This document shows positions 37,774-51,054 of a stretch of 64,000 bases of DNA, in pieces (position 1 is the first letter of the stretch; each line of letters begins with the position of its first letter). Location of the stretch: positions 38,504,001-38,568,000 of the forward strand of contig NC_086108.1 in NCBI RefSeq assembly GCF_963921235.1, read 5' to 3'. Both the position numbers and the translations under genes were made by a program. The notes beneath the pieces were generated by a model, which was given only the letters and a program-made list of their open reading frames with translations, searched no databases and was not told where the DNA came from. Origin of the DNA: Mobula hypostoma (Eukaryota).

Positions 37774-39170
37774 CACGAGGAATTCTGCAGATGCTGGAAA
37801 TTCAAGCAAAACACATCAAAGTTGCTGGTGAACGCAGCAGGACAGGCAGCATCTCTAGGAAGAGGTACAGTCGACATTTCAGGCCGAGACCCTTCGTCAG
37901 GACTAACTGAAGGAAGAGCTAGTAAGAGATTTGAATGGGGGAGGGGGAGATCCAAAATGATAGGAGAAGACAGGAGGGGGAGGGATGGAGCCAAGGGCTG
38001 GACAGGTGATTGGCAAAAGGGATATGAGAGGATCATGGGACAGGAGGCCCAGAGAGAAGGAAAAGGGGGAGGGGGGGAAACCCAGAGGATGGGCAAGGGG
38101 TATAGTCAGAGGGACGGAGGGAGAAAAAGGAGAGTGAGAGAAAGAATGTGTGTATATAAATAAATAACAGATGGGGTACGAGGGGGAGGTGGGGCATTAG
38201 CAGAAGTTAGAGAAGTCAATGTTTATGCCATCAGACGGAATATAAGGTGTTGTTCCTCCAACCTGAGTGTGGCTTCATTCTGACATGTCTATCCACAGCC
38301 TCCTCTACTGTAACCTTGTCCATTTGCCCCCCCCATCCCTCCCCACTGATCTCCCTCCTGGCACTTATCCTCGTAAGCAGAACAAGTGCTAAATATGCCC
38401 TTACACTTCCTCCCTTACCACCATTCCGGGCCCCAGACAGTCCTTCCAGGTGAGGCGACACTTCACCTGTGAGTCAGCTGGGGTGATGTACCGCGTCCGG
38501 TGCTCCCGATGTGGCCTTCTATATATTGGCGAGACCTGACGCAGACTGGGAGATCGTTTTGCTGAACACCTACGCTCTGTCCGCCAGAGAAAGCAGGATC
38601 TCCCAGTGGCCACACATTTTAATTCCACATCCCATTCCCATTCTGACATGTCTATCCACGGCCTCCTCTACTGTAAAGATGAAGCCACACTCAGGTTGGA
38701 GGAACAACACCTTATATTCCATCTGGGTAGCCTCCCACCTGATGGCATGAACGTTGACTTCTCTAACTTCTGCAAATGCCCCACCTCCCCCTCATACCCC
38801 ATCCGTTATTTATTTATATACATACATTCTTTCTCTCACTCTCCTTTTTCTCCCTCTGTCCCTTTGACTATACCCCTTGCCCATCCTCCGGGTTCCCCCC
38901 CCCCGCCTTTTCCTTCTCCCTGGGCCTCCTGTCCCATGATCCTCTCATATCCCTTTTGCCAATCACCTGTCCAGCTCTTGGCTCCATCCCTCCCCCTCCT
39001 GTCTTCTCCTATCATTTTTGATCTCCCTCTCCCCCTCCCACTTTCAATTCTCTTACTAGCTCTTCCTTCAGTTGGTCCTGATGAAGGGTCTTGGCCTGAA
39101 ACATCCACTGTACCTCTTCCTAGAGATGCTGCTGGCCTGCTGCGTTCACCAGCAACTTTGATGTGTGTTG
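37774..39170. mobile_element. Penelope-like palindromic insertion (about 1.4 kb)
   Basis: 15-bp TSD CATGTAGAAGGTAAT at 37759-37773 and 39171-39185. Minus arm about 37774-38278; plus arm about 38313-39170 with GIY-YIG remnant. Hammerhead motifs at 37868-37904 (-) and 39074-39110 (+). Confidence 0.92.
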
Positions 39171-39477
39171 CATGTAGAAGGTAATTTTTTCTTGGGATCT
39201 GGTTCTTAGACTATAATTGAATTGCAACACAGACTGGGTGGCAAAATAATTATAGGTAGGTCAGAGAAGAGTATGGCTTTGCTTGTCTCTCTTATCTATC
39301 TGAACCATCCATAGACACCACCTGCTAACATACACTTGGTTTGCTAGTGGCAAGTGGCAAATGACACCACTGCTGACGTGGGTAACACCAAGAGCTGGGG
39401 CCAAAACATTCCCTGTCAATGTCATGGCAGAGAGCCCAATATTGGAGTACTTCCATCACTTCCATGGATCTGAGTGA

Positions 39478-40800
39478 TACATAGAGTTATAGAACACTAC
39501 AGCGCTGATAAAAGCCCTTCAGCCCATCTAGTCCATGCCAAACTATTAATCTGTCCAGTCCCTTCGAACTGCACACAAACCATAGTCCTCCATACCCCTT
39601 CCTTCTGTGTACCTATCCAAATTTCTCTTAAATGTTGAAATTGAACCTGCACTCACCACTTCCACTGGCAACTCATTCCACACTCTCTTCACCCTCTGAG
39701 TGAAGAAGTTCCTCCTCATGTTCTCCTTAACCATTTCACCTTTCATCTGTAAAGCATGACCTCCATTTGTAGTCTCACCAAGCCTCAGTGGAAAAAGCCT
39801 GCTGCCATTTACCTATCTATATCCCTCAGAAACTTGTACACCTCTATCAAATCTCCCCTCATTCTCCTATACTCCAGGGAGTAAAGTCCAAGCCTATTCA
39901 ACCTTCCCTTTAACTCAGGTCCTCAAGTCTTGGCAACATCCTTGTAAATTTTCTCTGCACACTTTCAATCTTACTGACATCTTTCCTGTAGGCACTGAAA
40001 GCAGTTTCTGGTCCTTTGTTGATGTCTGATGAACCCAGTGTCCAGACCTATCCTTCTCCATAACTACCTTGAAACTAAAGCCATTATGATCACTTGATGC
40101 AAAGTGTCCCCTTCACAAACTTCTATCACCTGCCTTGTCTCATTCCCTTATAGGAGGTCTAGTATTGCACTCTCTCTAGTTGGGATCTCTGTGTATTGAT
40201 TAAGGAAACATTCCTGAACACATTTGACAAACTCTATCCCATCCAGCCCTTTTACAGAATGGGAATTCCAGTCAATATACAGAAAGTTAAAATCACCTAC
40301 TATCACAACCTTGTTTCTGGCAACAGTCTGCGATCTCTCTACAAATTTGCTCCCCTACATCTCTCTGACTGTTGGATGGTCTTTAATATAATCCCATTAA
40401 TATGGTCATACTTTCTTATTCCTCAGTTACCCCCATATAGCCTCAGTAGACAAGTAGTCGAGCCTGTTGTGACTGAGCACCGCTGTGTCATTTTCCCTGT
40501 CTGGTAATGTCACACTTCCCCTTTAGTATCTTTCGCTCTATCATGTCTAAAACAATGGATCTCAGGAATATTGAGGTCCAGTTCTGACCCTCTTGCAACC
40601 ATTTCCCATGAATATTTACAATGTCCACTTGCTGATCCATGCCCTAAGCTCATTCTCTGTACTTCTTGCATTGAAATATACACAATTCAGAAAATTAGCC
40701 CCACCATGCTTAACCTTTTGATTCCTAACTTTGCATGGAGGCTTAACGACATCTTTCCTCACAACCACTCCACTATCTGCTCTAGTGCTCTGGTTCCCAT
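39478..40800 (-). mobile_element. CR1 LINE fragments (3' end fused to APE region)
   Basis: RNFFTQRV..VWNELP motif (39746-39546) and LNCVYFNARS..NELRAWI APE start (40810-40616). Confidence 0.75.
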
Positions 40801-41376
40801 ATTTTATCATTCAGTGTATTTTCTCTGTGTATGACTCATGACGTATGCGCCTAGTACAACCTGTTTAATTTTAAATGTTTACAGTTGTTTTCTTCATAAA
40901 AGCTTCCTGGGAAGTAAAATCTAAATTTATCAGTGAAAATTCCTGGTAGGCATCAGTTGGGCAAGGGGGGGAATAAGAACCAAATCAAATCCTTTGACTC
41001 TAGTTAGCCAATATCAGAATATTACCGTAGCTATTTGACTGAATCACTGCAATTATTGTCACATCATTAAATAAACTGCTGACTTCAATTAGAATTTAAA
41101 TCTAGACCAGTGTAAAAAAGATTGCTGATTTCCTTGCATTCATTTTGCACAAAGTTTTAGTTCCACCCGCTGTGTTCCATCACAATATCTTCTAAATAAT
41201 AGCAGTGGTAACTGAAAGTTATTGTAGTCAATTATTTTATGTATTGGTCCCATTGATATAATGAACATCCATCCGAGCAATTTTCATTGCCTTTAATCAA
41301 AATGATCAAAAGAAATGCAAATGTTCAGATACTACTGCCAGTTTCCAGTTCAAAGCCTAACATTCTTGTATTTCAG

Positions 41377-41547
41377 CAATAATATGTTCAAGACCACCAA
41401 TAGAAAATGGTTATTTTGAAACCACCAAGTGGATATTTTCCCATAAAGAAACGGTGGAATTTGTTTGTAACAGAAATTATAAACCTCTAGTATCAAATGA
41501 AGTTCGGTGTGAAGAGCAAGGGTTGACACCAAGTCCAAGCTGTGTAG
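41377..41547 (+). CDS. CFH-like exon 7 (CCP5)
   Basis: CAG acceptor, GTAATT donor, 171 nt. PIICSRPPIENGYFETTKWIFSHKETVEFVCNRNYKPLVSNEVRCEEQGLTPSPSCV. Confidence 0.9.
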
Positions 41548-42605
41548 GTAATTAACTTTTAACTTTTATTTATTAATACATCACTAATTAGTCAAAATGA
41601 ACACAGGTCATGTGGCTTGCCCACATTCCATAAAATACATTACATTATTACATCAATTTATCAAGATGTGTATTTCATCAGGTTAACTTAAAAATAAGTA
41701 TCTTCCACAGTATGCAATGATATATTATGCTAAAATATTTGGTGTAATATGCTGAAGAAGGTTACTTTAATGTAAAGGTGGTTAAAAACAGACTCTTTTG
41801 AGCATTGTCCACCCTGTACCATTTACATCAATTGACATCTATTTATCTTGGCTTTGGATTTATCCAAGTGACAAGATAATTGATGATTTTCATATTCTGT
41901 AAGAATGCTTTAATCTGTTATCTGAAAATAATTCTCAAGATTTGAATAAATTTGCACAAAGATATGCACAAGAGAAAACTGTTGTGCTTGTTGGAGGTCA
42001 ATCAAGACCTAAGACCTGCCCCCGGACATTACTGTAAAACAGTCTCATTGGGCCATCAATCTTCAGCCAATATGTCAATGGCTTTCATTACAACATTATG
42101 TCAGAAGTGAGAATGCCCATTGATGTTTGCACTGCTTTCCTAGATTGCTGTATTAAATTTGGTTGTATTTGTAATTATGTACAAATGGAAGTGCTGAATA
42201 GATGACCCAACTTAGCTTGCTCCTGAGATTTCATCAATATAGTCTTCTGCTATCTTGAGTTATTCACTTGGGCACTTCCCAAGTCCTTGGCCTTTACCAT
42301 AAGAAAGAACAAGGACTGCAGGTGCATATCAGCACCACCATGTGCAGGTTCTCCTACATTTTTAATGCATTGGAAATAAACCTTCATTTATTGTGCATTC
42401 TTCTGTCTAAATCCCGAACTCCCTCCACAAAAGGATTACTGAAGTATCTTCCCCAGAAGACCACTACAGTTTGAGAACCCAGCTCAACTACCATCTTCTC
42501 ACTGGCAATAAAGACTGACTTTGCTAAAGATGGCTTGATTTCAAACTTGAATAAATGTCAAAATAATTAGGTAGGCACCAATCTAATGAATTGGTTGAAA
42601 GATTA

Positions 42606-43282
42606 GACCATAAGACCATAAGACAAAGGAGCAGGAGTCAGCCATTTGGCCCATCGAGTCTGCTCCGCCATTTTATCATGAGCTGATCCATTCTCCCATT
42701 TAGTCCCACTCCCCTGCCTTCTCACCATAACCTTTGATGCCCTGGCTACTCAGATACCTATTAATCTCTGCCTTAAATACACCCAATGACTTGGCCTCCA
42801 CTGCCACCTGTGGCAACTAATTCCATAGATTCACCACCCTCTGGCTAAAAACATTTCTTCACATTTCTGTTCTGAATGGGCACTCTTTAGTCCTTAAGTC
42901 ATGCCCTCTCGTACTAGACTCCCCCATCATGGAAAACAATTTTGCCACATCTGCTCTGTCCATGCCTTTCAACATTCGAAATGTTTCTGTGAGGTCCCCC
43001 CTCATTCTTCTAAACTCCAAGGAATACAGTCCAAGAGCGGACAAACATTCCTCATACGTTAACCCACTCATTCCCAGAATCATTCTAGTGAATCTTCTCT
43101 GTACCCTCTCCAATGTCAGCACATCCTTTCTCAAATAAGGAGACCAAAACTGCCCACAGTACTCCAAGTGAGGTCTCACCAGCGCCTTATAGAGCCTCAA
43201 CATCACATCCCTGCTCCTATACTCTATTCCTCTAGAAATGAATGCCAACATTGCATTCATCTTCTTCACCACTGACTCAACT
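42606..43282 (-). mobile_element. CR1 LINE 3' end
   Basis: ORF 43308-42859 LYKALVRPHLEYC..WSPYL...TRGH; (TCTTATGG)n tail. Confidence 0.88.
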
Positions 43283-45336
43283 AGATTAGATTGCATAATT
43301 GGAATCACTATCCAAACAATATGTCACAGTATCTGCAAGTTTAAAGTGAGTAGCATTTAATTTATTTGCATCTCAAAATAAAAATTACAGAATATCGTTC
43401 ATGATGTTATTGCACAAAGCCTTGAGAATTGTAACACTTTGTGCATGGAGCAATCAGAAGGTTTGTACAGAAGAACCACATATAATTAAAAGGCTATCCA
43501 TCCATATCTGGCACTAAAAAATATCATCTACCAGAAAGGACTTGCTTGATCATAGTGCATTTTAATAGCACGGACGACCACTGTTTCTTTGCCAAATAAA
43601 CTACCCAAATCTTTTTATGTGGTGTGATGAAGGACTCACTTCTGTTCTGCACAACTACATGCCTTCTTTTTTGATCTATCCATTTGTCTTAGACAAAGAC
43701 TTCTTTGTTCCTCCTCAATATTCGATGTCCTCTCTTGTATTCCTTTATCTGATTGCACCATCTCAAATGTATTAGTAACTTCCATTCGCCACTTTTCTGC
43801 CTAATTGAGTAAACCATCAATATTTTCTCACAACCTAATGCAATTCTGCTCACTTTCAAGCATGGCATATTTTCTTGCATCATCTGCAAATTGTTTTCTC
43901 ATTCTCCTTAAAACATCAACATATATTTAAAAAAGGAATGGAACTCCGTTGTCAACAACTTTCCACTCACAAAACATTTGCTCCTTGCTACGGATCATTT
44001 TTGGATCTAATTTGTCACTTTCCTTAGATCCTATAGGGTTTCATATTTTAACGATCTTCAATGTAGCCATTTCTCAAAAGCCTTGGTAAAAATCCATTTG
44101 CACTACTTCGAAATCATTACTCTCACCTACACAACTTGTGAACTCCTCAAAGGGTATATGAACCACTTCTCCTTAATAAGTCCATGCATGATATGTATTT
44201 CCTTAAATGAATCATACAGTGCTTGAGAATTAACTGTAACCATTTGCACCAGTGAAATGAAACTGATCTGTGATCGATTCCTTTTTATTTTTGTACACCA
44301 GCATGCGTGTCTCGCATCACTGCTGCAGCCTGCGATGATCGAAAATCTATAATCAGTGCCTATATAATTTTGTCCATTTCATATGGATTTATTCACATTC
44401 AGATATCATAAATAACGTAATAATTTGTCTTTCCATGGGCACATTGCAGGACTTCCAGGCTCACTATCGGATTCTCCAACTTCCAATAATTCACTTCCTC
44501 TATCTGTACCAAAATGGCCATTTCATCATATCAGCTGACCTGTAAAATCAGCTCAGATTTCTTCCCCTCTGTATTTGACACTCTGAACTGCTATTTGCAT
44601 AAACCAAGACAGATACTTGTCACCCTCCAACTGCCCCATTTACAACTCATTCTCATTGCTATCCTGGCCCTGACAAGTCACAGATTGGTCCCTCCCTGTA
44701 TCTGTCATTCCTCCCTACCCAACCTCATCTCTGCAGTGTAAACTTTTTTTTTCCTCCTAGTCCCAGTTCTTATGACCTGAAATGTTATACCTGTTTCCCT
44801 TTTCACAGGTGCAAAGTGTTTTCAGCATTTTATAATTTTGGTTCAGATTTACAGACCAACAGATTTTTACATTTTCAGTTTGTCAAGTATCATTTTTTAT
44901 CCCATACACTGCTTCATCGCTGTTCAACATAACTAGTACATCGATATAATTCCCCGTTCTGTGCAGAAGGGTACAAAATGTGCAATGAGAATCTTGCGTA
45001 CATCCAATGCCTTCACATGCATGTCCCTTATAAATTTTCAAGTGCTCCATCACTGACAGTCATGACGAGACCAAGAGCTCTTGAAATCCTTTCCAACTCT
45101 TCTCTTCACTTCTTAAGATTATTTTTGTCACTGTGATCTGATCAAAATTTTCCCATTATCTTCTTGTTTGACTTGGTGTCAAATAGTGATAGTGAATTTT
45201 GGAATGTTTTATTCAATTAAAGACCCTTTATCAACAAAACATGATGAAAGATTCTGGAAGTTAGTACATGAATGATTTTCTTTAATTGAAATTATATTTT
45301 TAATGGTGAACATAAATTAACATTGGAAATTGTATC

Positions 45337-45340
<4 letters not shown>

Positions 45341-45393
<53 letters not shown>
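45341..45393. repeat. (CT)n microsatellite, about 26 units
   Basis: Uninterrupted CT run. Confidence 0.97.
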
Positions 45394-45396
<3 letters not shown>

Positions 45397-46817
45397 ACCA
45401 AAACTCAGCCTGTGTTTTGGACATACACTTCCACCATTGTCAAGTACTATGTGGATGGTCTGCAGTGCAGGTCACTGAATGAGCAATGATACATGTCCTT
45501 AAGCTTATACTAATCCAGCCAATTTTGCTTGTTGTGCTTTTGATATTTCTCTATTGTTTAAATCTATCCTTCTTATTTTTACTGCCTTCCCTTCAGATCC
45601 ATTCCAAACCAAACTTCGTTTAATTTTCCACCTTTCTTTAAGATGGGCAGCCTGTTTGAAGGCATAAATGTCACAACCTTGGGTCATTAATCATGTTTTC
45701 TGAGGGTTCATGTTTTTTTTTAACAGTTTCATTGTTTTTATTTCTTGATTAGAGTATCAATAATTGTTTTGCCTCACATTGTGGCTGTTGTAATGGTTTC
45801 TGATTTTGCCATGACCTTGCAGGTGTTAAATTTAATAGGTTCGGTTTTTGTTTGACTAATGTTTTGTCTTTGTATAATTTGCATTTAGGTGGAGGCTTGT
45901 TGGCCTGGCATTGGGCCTTCATTAACTTGTACTCTTGTTTGACTTTTTGAGTTTATTGTTTTGTCTGATTTTTGCGGGTTAGTTAGTAGGGCATGAATTT
46001 TTTTCGTGCACTGAGATTTAAAGAGGCAACGGTCTCCCCTCAGTGCTCAGCCAATATTGACTCCAGTTTGGAGTTTTTCTGATCGAGGTTTTCTGTTCTC
46101 TGTGTCCTTGCTTTACTTGTTTAATTAAACTCTGAGTTTAATTCAGTTATTCTGAGTCTCTGTGTTTTCCTGCGCCTAAATCCAGGCATGAACCCTAACA
46201 CTTAAGTGCCGGCAATTTGCTGATTCCACTTGGTGAGTTCCTGTCATTATTAAAATTCCCTTTCACATATATTTAGAAGACTGGTTACCTAATACAAAAC
46301 CTGTGTCCATGGAGAGCCATAGTTTCCTTCAACTTCTTCCTAAACACTGTTGGCACTTTTTGTGTCATATCCCATTCTAGCATTCTCCCTCACCTCAAAG
46401 AAAGTAAAAGGCAGAGCAAGAAGAAAATAGCAAATAGAAAACAGAGATGTAGAACGAGATGGTTGAAAAAAACAAACTCATACTCATTACACACCATGAG
46501 CAAATGGCCATATGTTTCATTTCAACTTACTAAATAAAATCTCCCAGGAAAGAATGGTAATTACAGCATTATCAAATGATGCTTATGAATGGGTTTGTTT
46601 GTTTCTGTTTTTATTTTATTCTGTATTCTAGACATATGGAATTTCTGGAGCATTTATAGGAGAAGTTTGAAGATATTCTTAAGCATAATCTCATTCAGAG
46701 AATAGAAGTTGTGTTTTTGACAATGGGAGGATCATTCAATTATTAGACTTGTTTTGGTTGCAATGCCATGAACAATTTCAACAATAACATTTGATAATGT
46801 CATATGACTGTCCTCAG

Positions 46818-46973
46818 AAATCAGATGCTACATAGAAATAGATGCAGCTATTTACCCGAATTCATGGGCAAAACGAGTTGGAGACTGGATACGATATAGC
46901 TGCCGTGTTGATAGATCGTCACACAATTCTAGATGCACAGAACATGGATGGGAACCCCCTCTTAAATGCACTG
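46818..46973 (+). CDS. CFH-like exon 8 (CCP6, short module)
   Basis: CAG acceptor, GTATGT donor, 156 nt. EIRCYIEIDAAIYPNSWAKRVGDWIRYSCRVDRSSHNSRCTEHGWEPPLKCT. Confidence 0.87.
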
Positions 46974-47234
46974 GTATGTGTCCTTTTTTTTCATTGGTCC
47001 ATGAGAAATGATAAAATAAAATAAATGATTTTTAAATCTGGTATAAACAAATATTTGATATTTCACTGAATAAAATCTTAATCAGTCTGCTTACATAAAA
47101 CTGTTGGAGTCCTTCAAAGGAGGGAGTAATTAGCACATTGTCAATTAAAAGGAGATGTATATCTTAAGTTATCCCTAATCATATACATACATGGGAAATA
47201 AAAATATCTACAGAATCTTATTTTTTAATTTCTA

Positions 47235-49350
47235 GTTATGGAGTCATAGACAAGTTCAGCACAGAAATAAGCCCTTCAGCTCACCTAGTCCAGACTGAAC
47301 TATTGAAACTGCCTAGTCCCATCGACCTGCACCAGGACCCTAGGTCTCCTTACTCCTATCATCCATGTACCTATCCAAACTTGTCTTAAACAGTGCAATT
47401 GAACTTTCATGCACAACTTGCACTGGCAACTTGTTACACACTCTCATGACCCTGAGTGAAGAAGTTTCAAATAGTTCCATTTCAATTTAATATCAGAGAG
47501 TGTATACAGTAGACAGTATACCCCGAAGAATGAGTAACAGAAACATCAGAACCCCAAAGCCACCCTCGGCCCTCCACGCATAAGCAGCAGCAGAAGTATC
47601 GACCGTACCCCTCTTACCTTCCCCTCGTATTCCCCTTAAACTTATCACCTTTCACCCTTAACCCATGACCTCTAGTTGTAGTCACACCCACCCTCAGTGG
47701 AAAAAGTCTGCTTGTCTTTCCTCAGCCATACCTCTCATAATTGCGTATACCTCTATCAAATCTCTCCTCAATCTACTATGCTCCAAGGAATAAACTCCAA
47801 ACCTATTCAATTGTTCCTTATAACCCAGGTCCTCCAGTCCCAGCAACCACCATTCTCTGGCTCCTCCCACGAAGTCAATGTTTAATCCAATTTCCCTACA
47901 TCATCTTAAATACTGAGCGACAGAACCTTCTTGACCAACCTCCCGTGTGAGAATTTGTCAGATACCTTATTAAAGTCTATATAGACAATATCCACTGCTT
48001 TGCCTTCATCAACCTTTCTGGTAACTTCCTCAAAAAACTCTACAAGATTGGTTAGACATGATCCAACACACACAAAGTTATGCAGACTATTCCTAATCAG
48101 TCCATCTCTATCCAAATTCTTGAATATTGGGTCCCTTAGAATATTTTCCAATAACTTTACCATCACTGGTCTAAATTTCCTGGTTTATTTTTAGAGCCTT
48201 TTTTAAACAACGTAACAACATTAGCTATCCTCCGACCCTCCAGTACCTCAACTGTCAATAATGATGATTTAAATATCTTTGCTAGGGCCCCTGCAATGTC
48301 TTCACTAGCCTCCCACAGAGTCTGAGGGAACATCTTGTGTGGATTTATCCACCCTAATTTGCCACAAGACAACAAATACCTCTTCCTCTATAACACATTT
48401 GACAAACTCTATTCCATATAGTCCTTTTACAGTACAGGAGTCCCAGTCAATATGTTGGAATTTCAAATAACCTACTGTATGTTTCATGCAACAGTCTGCA
48501 ATCTCTCTACAGACATGTTCCTCGAAATCCTGTGGACTGTTGGGTGGTCAATAACATAACCCCATTAACGTGGTCGTATCTTTCTTATTGCTCAGTTCCA
48601 CCCATGAAGACTTACTAGACAACCTCTCAGTCTGACTGACTGACATGTCAGACTGAGCACTGAGTCACTTTCCCTGACTAGTAATGCCACCCCTCTGCCC
48701 TTTAATCCCTCCTGCCCTGTTGCGCCTAAAACAATGGAACCCCGGAATATTAAGCTGCCAGTCCTGCCCCTCCTGGAACCAAGTCTCACAAATAGCTACT
48801 AATTCAATGGGTTGATCCATACCCTGAGCTCATCTGCCTTTCCTACAATATGTCTTGTATTGAAATATATGCAGCTCAGGACATTAGTCCCACCATGCCC
48901 AACCTTTTGATCCCTGACTTTGTATGAGGCCTTAACAACATCTGTCTCCACAATCTCTCCACTATCTGTTCTGATACTTTGGTTCCCATCCCCCCTACAA
49001 CTCTAGTCTAACCCACCCTCTTCCCGCGCCCCCCCCCCATGTCATCACCAGCAAACCTTCCTGCTAGGATATTAGTTTCCTTCCAGTTCAGGTGCAAGCC
49101 GTCTCTTCTGAACAGGTCGCACCTTCCCTGGAAGAGAACCCAATGATTCAAAAAACTGATGCCCTCTCTCCTACACGTATTCATGTGCCACATGTTAAAC
49201 TGTATAATCTTCCTATTTCTGGCCTCACTACCACGTGGCATGAGGAGCAATCTTGAGATCAGAACCCTGGAGGTCCCGCCCTTTAACTTTGAACTCACGT
49301 TGCAGAACGTCATCTCTCTTCCTATCCACATCATTTGTATTTACATGGAC
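47235..49350 (-). mobile_element. CR1 LINE, internally deleted and decayed
   Basis: SCLTNLVEFFEEVT...DIVYIDFNK RT fragment; APE fragments; ORF1 esterase DGLHLN motif (49334-49008). Confidence 0.82.
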
Positions 49351-51054
49351 TGGCATTTGCTTTTAAAAATTATTCCCAAATTCTATAATAGCTGTGAGTT
49401 TCATAATGCAGCACTTAAGGAAATGCAATTGGAAATATTCACGAACACAGCATTCAACAATTTTTAGGCACTCTCCGAGAGTTTCAATGTCCATGGCTAA
49501 TGAGACTGAACTTTGTGCAAGAAATATGCTCACTCTAGCCCTTTCTTGGTTTGAACCATAACTATTACTCATTCACAGAAATGATAATGGCATATAATGA
49601 TGTGAAAACTCAAAATGAGAATTATTAAAGGGGTCTGGTAAATCTCTCCTGCTGCCTTAGGCAGCGTGCTGTGTCAGTGGAATAGTGACATTTATGAAAC
49701 ATAAACTGGATAGCAGATTGTCGATAAGTAGGTCGTAGATGTTAGCACTGTCAAGCAGAAGTTCCATAGCTTTTCTGATGACCAAATACAGACTGATTGG
49801 CTGGGAATTATCTGGGCTGAATTTGTCTGCTTTTTGAGATGAGAACGCCTGAAAAATTTGTCACGTCTATTGAACTAGAACAACTTGGCTAAATGTACAT
49901 GTAGTTCTTCAATTTTAGGGTGAGTTGTCGTCTGTTATGGGTGTAGCTTGATGCTTCTGAACTCTCACCTACTTTTTGATATCACTTGGATTGGAGACTA
50001 CCTTTGGCACTATCTGCAGAAATTTGAAATGGATCAGCCATTCGGAATTCCTGGATGAATGGGAACGGGATGATTGATCCTTTGTTTCGGCACTTGCATG
50101 CTGGGTCTCGCTTCATTGAAGAAAGGAATATACAGTACTAGGAACCTCCTTCTCCTGTTGACTATTATTTATCACCATTCGTGAGAAGATGTTCTGCAGA
50201 CCTTTGATCTGGTCATTTGGTTGTGAGATTACATGGCTCTGTCAATGTTCTCCTGTTTCTAGAGTTTAGTCTACAGTTCTTTACCATGATGGATTCACAA
50301 GGCTGGTATCTCATCTTTAGTTCTGCATAGTGCTGCTTTCAGCAGGCCTTTCTGCACTCCTAGGTTGATTTCCTGGCTGGATAACAATGATAGTGTGGGA
50401 CATAGCAGTAATAGATTGTGTTAATGTATTTCTCTGTAGTGGCTGATGGTCCACAGTGTTTCGTGGATCTCCAGTTTAAGATAGCAAATCCATTCTAAGT
50501 CTACGCCCTCTAGCACTTCTGTTATGCCACAACACAATGGAAGGTGTCCTCGGAGTGAAGATGGGACCTTATCTCCACAAGTACTGCACAACTTGTCATT
50601 TTTACCAAAGCTCTCATGGACAACTGCACCTTCCCCAGATAGATAGTTAAAGAACAAGTCAACTGTTTTAACCCTTGGTGTTGGTGGACACACAGCCTAG
50701 TGCAGACACACTCAGGAAGCTATGTCCTTCAGCATTTGGCTAAGTTAGACTGGTGTTCCTGCCTAGTCACTCTTGGTGATGGATATTAAACATCCCATCC
50801 TTGGTACCATCTGAATCCTTGCACGTTCAGTGCTCCTTCCAGTGTTGCTCAGCCAAGAGAAGTACTGATTCATCAGCAGATGGAGGAGGAGGTTTGCTTG
50901 ATCATATCTAACCCAGTGGCACAAGATGTCATGGAGCCACCATCAACACTAATGACTGAAAGGGTGCTCTCTCATACCTGTACACCACAGACAATTATAA
51001 AGCATGGCACTGTGACGGAATCATTGACTGTCCATTTTGCTCCATAGATTATTC

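Noticed and set aside
45394..45480. Extra exon after the (CT)n tract (CAG acceptor)
   Set aside because: The phase-1 frame has no CCP Cys/Trp pattern and soon reaches a stop.
45789..46200. Possible solo LTR (TGTAAT...CCTAACA)
   Set aside because: T-rich and LTR-like, but I could not find a target-site duplication or a second copy.
49620..50990. Highly eroded LINE-like sequence or further CCP exons
   Set aside because: No CCP-coding exon found by eye; too degraded to assign a family without a search.
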